DNA from: Euprymna scolopes
Lineage: Eukaryota
Assembly: GCA_053919585.1 (NCBI GenBank)
Contig: CM132814.1
Direction: 5' to 3' (one strand)
Length of the DNA stretch: 64,000 bases
Part shown: piece after piece, positions 42,996 through 55,200 of the stretch
How the letters are laid out: each line of letters begins with the position of its first letter
How positions within the stretch are numbered: position 1 is the stretch's first letter
The notes under the pieces: model-generated
Database searches by the model: none
Seen by the model: the letters and a program-made list of their open reading frames with translations, nothing else
What the model was told of the DNA's origin: nothing
Position numbers and translations under genes: made by a program

Positions 42996-45900
42996 CCTAA
43001 CCTGAGTGAAAAGAATAGTAAATATGGCATGGGACCTGCTGCTCACGTCATTCATATTTGTGGCGGCTGTTGTCCTAAGAAAAAAAAAAAAAAAAATGGA
43101 ATTAGACAAATTATATTAATATAATTAGTTTCATTACAGACATTCATTGCTTAAAAAAAATTATAAGTCAACATGAATTGGAACAAATAGATTGAGGACA
43201 TTGTCAAGGCTGCTGCAAAGAAGGTGTGTTCTCTCTAACATGCAAGTAAAAGTTACACACACCAAAGAATATCCTAAATCTTCTCAAAGCCACAATTCAC
43301 CCATGCATGGAGTATTATTGGGATGATGTACGTACCATTAGTTTATCACAGTTAGATAGGGCTCAAATATAATAGATCCCACACTGTCAGCTGTTCCAAC
43401 CTCTGTCCCATCACCAGTGTTGCATCCCTGTATTTGTTTTATAAGTACTTCAATAGAATGTGCTCTGATAATCTTGTAGCACGTGCTCTTCTTAACATGC
43501 ATACTCTCAATCTGTCAAGCAGCAAAATCCCACCTCTTCACTGTTGAGGTTTCTAGATGCTAAAAAGTCTTTTACTCTAATAATTTCTTCTCTCGAAATG
43601 CTAGACTTTGGAATTCCTAACTTCCCCTGTTTGCTGCTTCGTTGACTGTATTAACCTGTGGAAGTTTATATGTAATACAAACATCTTGTCACTCAACTCC
43701 CCACACAGTCCTATGTAAGCATGGTTCCAACTAGTAACCTTTTATATTCCGAGTGGCAATATGTCTTGTTTGGAGACGAACAAGAGTAAAAACAAAAAAC
43801 AAAACATCTGTTCAACTTCACCATACCCTTGGAAACTGCAGACAGAAGAAAAGAGCAATTTGAGTATCAGACCACCAAAACATTATGGATGCCAATAAGA
43901 CAGAAAATTTGCTTCAGCAATAATGGAGATTCTGTATCTGCCTTTTTGTAAGACGCACTATCAACCAAGCTCCCATCCCTGTCCCATCACTGCAATGTTG
44001 CATCCCTCTGCCTGTTTTACAAGTATTTTAATGGAATGTACCCTGATGAACTCATGGTACTTGCGCCCCCTAAATGTAAATACTCTCGACTAACCCGACA
44101 AGCAGCAAAATACCACCCCTTCACTGTTTAGGTCCCAAGATACCGAAAAAAACTTTCTTCCCTCAGGCTGCTTGACCTTGGACTTCCCTTCTTTTCATGG
44201 TTCCATGATTGTATTAACAGAATTTTAAATGTAATGTGAAAAGACATCTCACTGATCAACGCCCCACTTAGTTCTCTGTAAGCATGGTTTCAAATAGTAG
44301 CCCTTAATATTTCAAGTGGCAATATTTCTTGGGGGGGGGGGGGGTGAACAAGAGTAAAAAAAAAAAAGTATCTGTTTTAACTTCACCTTAACTTTGGGAA
44401 CCGCAGACAGTAGATACAAAAAGCAGTTGAAAAAAGACCCTCAAGATTGCCCAACCTTGGAGTTGGCAGCACGCTAAGAATCAAGAGTCAACGTCTGTAT
44501 TTTAACGTTACGTCAGCATTTTTTCTTCCTTAACAAAAGCATTACTGTTACTCTCCTCCCTCAACACCACTTAAAAAGTCTCTCGCTGCCACATGTCCAT
44601 CTAACCTGACACGCGTTTATCTTTCCTCCACCACCAGCCCATTTTCACTTTCATTTTACACATCAATCTCCTTTGGCACCGACTTTTTTTTTTCAACCAC
44701 GTGGTGTCTTTTTTTTTTTTCTTTAGACGCATGCCAGAGTACACTTGCCAATTTGCATATGTGTTCAAATGCTGCTCCTGCTGCCAATACAATCACTTAC
44801 CATCCATCCTTCGATTGCTGCTGATATTTTCATACGCGCTCATTTGTTACAAGATGACATAACTTGTTCTTATTGTTGCTCGATAGTCATCTTAATGTCT
44901 CATCCTCTCCATCTTTAGATAAAAAGTTGAGATCACAATGATAAGGATCTGTACGGAAAGAATTGTCCTGCCTCCCCAAGTTATACTTGAGCTTTAAAAA
45001 CAATATATGGTGGCAACATTTTTTTTTAAAATAAAGAAAAAAAAATGATTCTACTTCTATTGTTCAAGGTTAACCCTGCGTTAGTCTCATGGGGTGTTTT
45101 GTCACCCCATTTTGCTTAAGCGCTCATAATTCCTAGTTGGCAACTTATTTCTTTTGCTCCTTCCCAGTACTGATCATTTGACTGTCGATTTTGTCCAGAT
45201 TTAGAGCTTGATTCTATCACTGCTTTAAGTGCTAATTATTGTCTTGGTCAGTGTTGCAACAGAATAATTCTCTGTCCAAATAAAACCAGTTTAAAACAAG
45301 GAACAATGTTTTATTTTGAGAGATGTCACAATGATTGACAGACTTACAAATCAGAATGCAAAGTCCAACCAAACACAAATAGGCTGTTTGTCCCCCTAAG
45401 AATAATAATAATAATGATAATAATAATGATGATAATAATGATAATAATAATAATGATAATAATAGCCTGTTTTTGTTTTATCGTTATTTCTATGGCAAGT
45501 GCTCGTCTGAGCTCCAATCTCTAGTCCCCCATCGCCAATCTTTCACGATAAACACCCATCTAGCTGAAACCACTGTCAATAATTTTCCCCACTCTTTATC
45601 TGTGCCTAAATCAAAACGTAGATTCCACGAACAAAGCTTCTTTCTTAGAAGTGCACGCCTGTGGAACTCTCTTCCGTTTGTTTCCCATCTGACTACAACT
45701 TGGATGTCTTCAAGTCCAATAGTAACAAATTCCTGATGAACTGCCCCCTTAAGTAAGATACTTTATCAAATCTCCAATACTAACGATTACTATGACACTA
45801 TCCCATTGATTACTGTACACGCAATAACCCTTATCCCTGAGTGGCTTACGGGCCTTGATAAGTGGTGACCTCCATGTAAAAAAAAAAAAAAAAAAATTCC

Positions 45901-48900
45901 CTCTTCTGCTGGAATATATATATATATATATATATATCACTTGGACCACAGAGAGATCACTCAAGATTATCAGCTGTTAATCTATGAACATAAAAACTGG
46001 CTGACCATGATGTCCATTTAATACGAACATAAATTTTGGAAAATCTTAAGTTTTTCATAATCAGCATGGAACCTTGTATCCAAGAAAACACTGTTTCAAA
46101 GGTTAGCCCATTTCTTGGGTGGCATCTCTTAGCTAAATATTTCTTCCAATGCAGACCTGTCATCCGTATGCATGACAACAATGCAACTTACTAAACATGA
46201 AACGGCATTGCAGATGTTCACGTTCAGTTGAGCGAGAGATAGTTTGAAAATGATTTTCTGTTCATGTTCCAACTTTTCAATGTTGATCCTACTTAGCATA
46301 GACGTTGATCTTATCAATATGGTGGACTCCTTCAGTCATCTTGGGGATACGAGGTGCCTTCAATGTTTCCAGACTTTTTTTTCGTATGATCACTTTTATT
46401 GATTGTACACACATGAAACTCTAGTCCTCTTCGAAGTAATCTCCTCCAGCTGTAATGCACTTGTACCATTCCAACAACTTCTGAAAGGCCCTGTGGAAGT
46501 CCTCTTGTGTGAGCGTGTCAGTGACCTTCGTCACAGACTCTTTCATCTCCTCGATTGTCTCATAATGACAGTTTTTAAGGTTTTCATTGAGTTTAGGGAA
46601 TAACCAAAAAAGTCACAGGGAGCAATGTCTGCACTATAGGAAGGGTGAGGAACTGTCTTGATGCTTATCTTGAGCAAATATTCTGCGACAAGGATGGAGT
46701 TGTGGACTGGTGCATTTGTGCAAATCTTCCGCATCTTCATTTCTTTGTGAATAATTGTGTGTACAGTTTCCACACTGATATCAAACTGCAATTATTTTCT
46801 CTATAGACACACGACGGTCTTTATTCATGAAATTCTTTATCTGATCAATCAACTCTAATGTTCTTACTCCTCCTACACATCTCATCATCCCTCACAGACT
46901 CCCTGCCTTCCTTGAATCTCTTATGCCACTCAAAAACTGATGCTCGATTCATGCAAGATGGTCCAAAAGCAGTCTAAAGCATTCCATACATTTCTGTGGC
47001 ATGTTTTCCAAGTTTAAAACAGAATTTTATTGCATACCGTTCTTCTAAAGTGTCTTCATATCCAGATTGCATTTTTGAAATTCACCAGCTGTGACAATCA
47101 GGCTGTAGTAGGGTGTATTCCAATTCCTGCTGTAGCTGTTCATTTGAACTTGAAATTATAGAAATTAGTCATCTCACAGTATGTATAGCAATGACATAGT
47201 AAATTTTCAAGCGTCTACGACAAAAAAGTCTGGAAACTTATTGAAGGCACCTTGTATTTTGAATGCTAGAAGTGGTTGTGAATTCATCAGATACAATTAG
47301 ATAAGTCTACAAACTGTTACGTTAGGAGTTATTCCTATCACTTTATTAGGTGTTTGATGCTGTATGGCGGCGAGTGTAGAACCCTCACTCAACCATCTTC
47401 AGCATAACAACAGACCAATGATCGGCTGAATATGCAATGTTGGATCAGATCAGACCACACATATCACCTGATATTCCGCTGGTGAAATTGAATATTTCAA
47501 ATCTTGATAAACTATTGATGACCAATTGGCTACATTTGTTTAGCCATGTTGGGAGGAGTGACTCTGGATGAGAAAATGCAGAGGTGGTAGATGGGAGGAT
47601 TGTGGGATAACAAGAAAATTTGGATGCAAGTTATCAACATGGATCTTATATAAGAATAATTTGTATTATTTGTATTCTTCAGACTACTGTTTTCATCTTG
47701 AGTGTCATTTTTATATTTTGATGAGCAATCTGGAAGCTTAACTCATTGTTTGAAGGGAGGTAATTATTTTATTAAAGTAGTTGCAGAAAAGTTTTTTTTT
47801 TCTTACAATTACTCAAACTTTTTGTTTAAGAAAAATTTCAATATTGTCGCATTTTATATTTTTTGATATTAATGTTATAAAAAAAACTTTGTTACATACA
47901 TTAAAGTACATTACATAAATACATTAAAAATCATTTTTTCTTACAATCAAGTACTTTATACACTTTGCAAGCACTTAATAAACTTCAGTTCTAAATTACA
48001 CTTTTCTGGAGGTTAAAGGTTTAATCCGGAGTTCGAGCGGCACTCAAAAATACAATTGTGAATTACTTAGAACCTCTACCCAGTCATGGGTGAATTAAAT
48101 AAAATTTGAAATTCTGTCCAGATTCACGAGTCCGACAGAAATCTTCCTAAGTTCAACAGGATACACCTGAAGAAGGTCGGAGGCTACATTGGCCAAAACG
48201 TTGAGAGAATAACAAGATGCGAACAGTCCAAATAATGCAGATGAATCCTAGACAATGAATTTTTTTTTTTTTTTTTTTTTTTACACAGTGGTCACCACTT
48301 ATCAAGGCCTGGAAGCCACTCAGGGATAAGGGTTATTGCAAGTACAGTATGTTAGTGTGGAGATTTGATGAAGTGTTTACTTAAGGGGGCGGTTCATTAG
48401 GAATTTGTTAACGTTGGACTTGAAGACATCCGAGTTGTAGTCAGGTGGGAAGCAGGCAGATGGAACAGAGTTCCACAGGCGTGCAGTTCTAAGAAAGAAG
48501 CTTTGTTCATGGAATCCACGTTTTGATTTAGGCACAGATAAAGAGTGGGGGAAATTTTTCACAGTGGATTCAGCTAGACGGGTGTTTTTCGTGAAAGATG
48601 AGGGGGGACCAGAGATTGGAGTTCAGACGAGCACTTGCCATGGAAATAACAATAAAACAAGGCTTGCAACGTCTCTTTTGTGGGAGAGAGGTTGCAGGGT
48701 AGAGAAAAGGGCATCCCCCACTAAGCCACGAAGTCTATTTTGTACTCTGTCAAGGCAGGATAGAATTTGATTAGAACAATCTTCAAAACCAATAAAATGG
48801 ATGATGACGATAATTCAATTTGCAAATGTTTCTATTTGAAATGAAGTATTGCTGACTAACGGACGGGTGGATCTATGCATAAAGATGCAAGTGTCTAAAA

Positions 48901-51900
48901 TGAAAATCCGATTCTGGATCAAAATGTTTCTTAACACAAAGACATGATAGGGTTGAAAAAAAAACAAAAAAAAAAAACAAAAAAGAAAATGGAATACTTA
49001 CCGATTTGAATTTCCACAATCCATTAGATCTTTAATGTCTTCGTAACTGCTTACAAAATGTTTCGATAGATCTGAAAATTCAAAGAGAAAAAAATACGCT
49101 TAACTTTTTTTTGTTTTATGGCACATCAACCATTTTTGGATGATTTGACGGCAAACCACAACAACTGTAAGAAAGGAGTCATTAAACATTTTCTAATGGA
49201 GTTCGTACCTTTCATTACTAAGGAGAGCAGGTTCATAACTTTACTGACAATAAATCAGACTGGATTTGAATTTGGCAAAGTCATTTTCATGGGTGACAGG
49301 CAACTTTACCAAGACCACCAAGTCATAAGATGAAGACTTGAGTTTCACAAAAATATTTACGACAGAAGATAACTATAGACTGAGGAAGCATACGGAAAAT
49401 ACAATAAGTAAACCCAAAAACTTAAGATACAAATAACAGGGTTAGGTAGAACGAATATATTGTACAAAAAAAGTAAATACAAAGAAAGGTTGTCGATATT
49501 TCTGACTGTTAGACAGTCCGTAGTCTCGCGCTAGGTTGCAATATTTTCCTCCCATGAGAGTATTAACCTCATGGTTTATATAATGGTTAGCCAAGTCCAT
49601 TATAAGTGAATGTGTCCCCATAACACCCTCTCATACTTTTTTTTGTTGGATACCTCCTTCAAGTGTAGCTGTGCACGTAATTATGAAGCAAGGTTTGCAC
49701 AAACTCTAACCACACCTCTCCTGAATTGGCATCGACGAGTCCAGTGGCTCAGAAAAGTGCTAGATGGCTTGAAACAATGCCGATATATGCAGAGAGCACA
49801 TACACCCATTTTAGTACTGACCAAGCTGAACGTTGCTTAACTTCATTAGCGTTAGAGTGTGTATGCTTATGACCATGTGTGTGCTTATGACCATGTGTGT
49901 GCAGGAGTTGAAACGTGTATTATGAGCTTTCCTAAAATCAGAGAGAGTTAAGAGAAGCTGGTGAAATGTTGATGTCAGCTCTGTCATGCGTTTTGACTCA
50001 AGTTGGTTATTGAAGAAAAGATATTTTCATGCACTTGAAGTCGATCAAAAAGGCAAATTTTATAAATTCAGAGAAATGCATTTGGCTGGTTGGCTCAAAA
50101 CATTTTTGTTTCTTTTACTTTTAAACTCAGGTGAATGCATACACAGAGACATGGATGCAGAAATAATTTTAATCATTTTTATTTTCGGCACTGAAGAGTA
50201 AACTTGTCCGCTAGTGACTCACCTTGAACATAAGGCCCTTCTTTCGGGTGTTCACGTACCCGCAGTGTGTGCATGGCTTTACTCCCACCTGGAGATTTCT
50301 GTAGTAAATCACGGACTTTTTCATTGTAAATTTCCAAGTAGCTTAAAAATAAGATAAAAAGCACAAATAATTAAAATTGATTCACACAAAAAACAAACAC
50401 ACAAAAAAAAATACGACAAACATATGAACAATTGCAAATGCTAAAATAATTTCTAAAATTTAAAATTAAATGTTTTTACATTTTTTAATTTAAGTTCAAA
50501 AATAAAAATTTAAAAAATCACTGCAAAGGATTATAAAAATGCAAGACATTTATATACTTTGTCTGTCAAGTCCAAAATAGTTGAGCAGAGGTTTAGTTTC
50601 CACAAATTTTAGCAAATAACAAACGGAATCCTAAACAGATGTGTGACATCTATCCCAACCATCATCAACGGACTTGACATAATTTCATCTAACAAAGCCA
50701 AACTCTTTGCATCAAACTTCAGCCTTTGTTATCAGGATCGCCGGATTTCCTCCCAGGACTGAAAACATAACATTCATGTATCCGTGACGTTGCCAAACTT
50801 AGCAAAAATTTGATTTCAGTAAAGCAACTGTGCCTGACAGCATTCCAATAATAGTTGTGCAAATAAGCGTCAACCAAAAATTAGTCCCCTTTCTTGCAAA
50901 GTTGTTTAAACACTGTCATAAAAAGAGAAAGGCTACCAAACACCTTGGAAAACTTTGTTAGTCTTCTCTGTATTTAACAATACTGGAGATCGATCATCTG
51001 CCTCTCAGTACAGACTAATCAGTCTCCTGTGTGTCACAAACAAGTTGCTCAAATCTGCTTTCATATAAAATATATATCCAATTTTACAGTGATGAGGGTT
51101 GATTGATTCGTTGTTTTTGTTTTACGGCATATCAACCCTTTTCAGGTTATTTAATGGCGAATCCAAAGATTTTGAAGAAAAATTTTTTAATAGAATATAT
51201 TTGTTGTTTTCAAGTCTGTTTCTATTTAACTCATAGTTGGGACCCTAACAGGTACTACCACTCCGGGTCAGAGTGGACCTGGGAGCAATGGCAATTAAAG
51301 GGTGGTTCCACACTCCCCAATGCCCGCAAGCTGAGGCCTCACCATCGGATATAGTTTAAGGTCATATCCAGGACCACAGTGATGAGGGATTCAACCATCG
51401 GTCGATTTAGCCATATCATCAAAAATGATATGACACAGAAGCTCACTTCCGGTTTATTCCCTTACTAGAGGAGGTACCCGGCATTGCTCGGGTGTTGTGA
51501 GGTGTATCGCGCTGGAGTGGGGGGGGGGAGAGAATCAAAAGGAAAATAAAGAATAAGCGAACGAAAAAAAAAATGGCATAAATAACCCTGGTTAAATATT
51601 AAAATTTAAAAAATCGACAAAAAAGAAAAAGAAAAAAAAAGTCTGATATGTCGGCGCGAATCCTTATCCTTGAGTGGCCTCTGAGCCTTGATAATGTGGT
51701 GATGCCTATGTAAAAAAAAACAAAAAAAACCTTAAGATAATGACGCTGTTACTATAACCACTGTCCTATGATCGATGTTGAATACCAGTGGCAAGTGAAG
51801 TGTATGTTCAGGACGACTGGAAACAAATGCCAAGATAAGCAGAGAGCACATACAGTGCCTAGTATTCCCAAATGGTCACCCAGCTGGTACTAGCCAGACT

Positions 51901-52233
51901 CAATGTTGCATAATTTCAGTGATCTGTGAGATATATATATATAAAAACTTTAAAAAAGAGTTAAAAACATATTTAATCTGAAAAGGAAACACTTGATAAG
52001 TGGACAGTCCTTAATCCGCAGAGTTTCGAAGAAATACTTTCCTTCTCATCAGAGGGTAGGAATTAGCAAAATGCGGGATCAGATTTTGCATACAAAAGTA
52101 TTTGATGAAACTACAAGTCAAAGATCTTACTTGATAACAGAAAGTGAAGCAGAGGGAATATGGTGAAGAAAAAGGTGATTATACGTGAATGGATAGTCTG
52201 GTGAAAGGTAAATAATCCAATGACGGTAAAATT

Positions 52234-52280
<47 letters not shown>

Positions 52281-55200
52281 AGTGTTTACTACAAATGTCT
52301 ACCACCATCGCTTTTATAGGCACTCAATTCTCGTGTTAATTGCAGCTGTCCTTGAAAAAAGATGCTAGCCTATAGAATCAAGGGTGAGTATAGATTTGAA
52401 TCTTCTGACCACAACTAATTATCATTCCCTACACTGATGATTGTACAAGCACGAAACACCAGCGTGTGTAGGTATCAAATAATTGCTAATATTTATATAA
52501 AATATGTAATCTTTTTAAATTAGCAATTATTTCATGAGAGATAGAAATATAGTTGGTTGTCTTTCATGCAAGTCTTAGCTATGAGGCCCTGTCGGTGGGG
52601 CATTAGAATACACCGACTGCCTCCCTGCAGAGGGTAAAAGTCCCTCAATGGGGGTCCTGGATATGACCTTAAACTATATCCAGTGGTGAGGCCCCAGCTT
52701 GCGGGCTTTGGGGAGTGTGGAGCCACCCTTTAATTACCATTGCTCCCAGGTCCACTCTGACCCGGAGTGGTAGTACCTGTTAGGGTTCCAACTATGGGTT
52801 AAATAGAAACGACTTGAAAACAACAAATATATTCTATTAAAAAATTTTTCTTCAAAATCTTTGGATTCGGCATTAAATAACCCGAAAAGGGTTGATATGC
52901 CGTAAAACAAAAACAACTAACCAACCAACTTAGCTATGAAAAATAGATGCATATGTAAATAAATAAGATTGGCTTGTGATCATGTCCATTCCTTTTATTC
53001 TAACAACTGGACCAAAACTATACCATCAGTTTGGGAGCCGTGTGTGGGGGGGGGGGCGGACAAAAGTATACAAACTCATTTTGACAATGTAAACAAATTT
53101 GCACTTACCTGACCTCAATACGATAGCTTGCATTGCCTTCAACCATTCGAGAAAATAATTCCTATAAAAATAAAATCACAAAGGCAACCTCATTAAAAGC
53201 AACAAGCATCCCCTAAAAAATAAGCAACATTTAAGCAAAGCAAATCTGTAGCTTAATTCCAACAAAATTTATATTTGATTCGATTTTGCCAGTTTATTTT
53301 GCAGAGCATATGCCCATGTTCTTAAAGAGCAAAAATTGTATTTTGATTTTAATTTTTTTTGAAAACTTTATTCATTTGCTTCAAAATTCCGTTTCTTTGT
53401 ATCATAAAGAGGGAGAAGCGTTATTTCTTTTACTACGAAATATGTACTCTCCCCAGCACTTGTCAGAAATTAGGGAGATTTTTCAGATGGACACCATCTT
53501 TGTTCGATCCCTTTGTATTTTTCCTTTGTCACTAATTTTGGTGATTCTTTACCATAGCAGCTAAGACAAATACAGGTCAGTTTATTATTGGAATTGTTTT
53601 TGGTATCAGAAAATAAGCACAAATCTTTCCAATTCCGATACCCACAATAATTTTGATTTTTTTAAATCTCGATTAGTCATCCTAACACTCAACAAGGAAA
53701 TCACTTTTAGATTTGTTTGTTATTAGAATCTAATTGAACTGCTATCCCATTCTTTTCTCCATTCGAACTGAAAACATTTTGTGAAATGGTAAGCTAATTT
53801 ACAGATGGCCATGAGGATGCCTTTTTTTTTTTTACTCCTGACCACCATGAAAAGGAAATAAAGGAAGTCACTAGTAAATTATAAAGCAACTCAACTTCCA
53901 ACTAAATTATAAAGCAACTCAACTTCCTAGTAAATTATAAAGCAACTCAACTTCCTAGTAAATTATAAAGCAACTCAACTTCCTAGTAAATTATAAAGCA
54001 AATCAACTTCCTAGTAAATTATAAAGCAACTCAACTTCCTAGTAAATTATAAAGCAACTCAACTTCCTAGTAAATTATAAAGCAAATCAACTTCCTAGTA
54101 AATTATAAAGCAACTCAACTTCCTAGTAAATTATAAAGCAACACCATCAAACTGGAAAGTCCACAAAGTGCAATGGATAAAATAATCGGTAAAATTCAGT
54201 TCTAAATTACAATCTTCAAGAGGTTGAAGGTTCAATTCTCAGTCAAGGTGACACTCAAAATACAATTGCGAATTACTTAGAACTTCTCTACCCACTCAGC
54301 ACTGGTAATACTCTGCTGGTTAGTAATGATAGAAGTTCCCTCCATCAAAAATTAAAGTACAACTTACCTTACAGATGCGTGGTATAAGGCCTGTATCGTC
54401 CTACAAACAGAACAAAAAAAATGAGGATAACTGTCATCTCAGAAACATTGTTAAAAAATGAGTAAACAAATCATATTAAAAAATATTTGGATTTATTTAT
54501 AACAGGAGTTCACATCCAATAGATCAAGAAAATATTTTTGAGCCCGATATAAAAATTGTAGAAATATTGTTGAACTAGACTTTTTAGTTAAAAACAGGAA
54601 ATTAGTTATAACTTGTTGACTTAGAATGAGTGGTTTATGCCAAATTGATGGCTAAATGTGGTTAAATTTGTGTTCATTTTTTTGCATTAAAAAGTAATTC
54701 CTATTAATTTTTTTGCATTAAAAAGTAATTCCTATTAATTTTTTTTGCATTAAAAAGTAATTCCTATTAATTTTTTTTTGCATTAAAAAGTAATTCCTAT
54801 TAATTTTTTTTTGCATTAAAAAGTAATTCCTATTAATTTTTTTTGCATTAAAAAGTAATTCCTATTAATTTTTTTTGCATTAAAAAGTAATTCCTATTAA
54901 TTTTTTTTGCATTAAAAAGTAATTCCTATTAATTTTTTTGCATTAAAAAGTAATTCCTATTAATTTTTTTGCATTAAAAAGTAATTCCTATTAATTCTCA
55001 ACTGTGCACAAAATGGATACCATAATACGAAGTTCGATGCAAATTAATATAACAAAGATTTATCCAAAAATTGAGATGGATTGACCCAGAAGTTTCTGAA
55101 ATGGATAGACAAACAGACAAACTTAAATAAATATATAATTTGTTGACTGCAGAAACTGCAGCATTCCAAGTTTAACTCGTATCCATAGTGGTAGGAGCGA

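Noticed and set aside
14720-51928. All five 5S-SINE copies on the same strand as a sign of selection
   Set aside because: With five copies, a shared orientation has a 1 in 16 chance; not significant.
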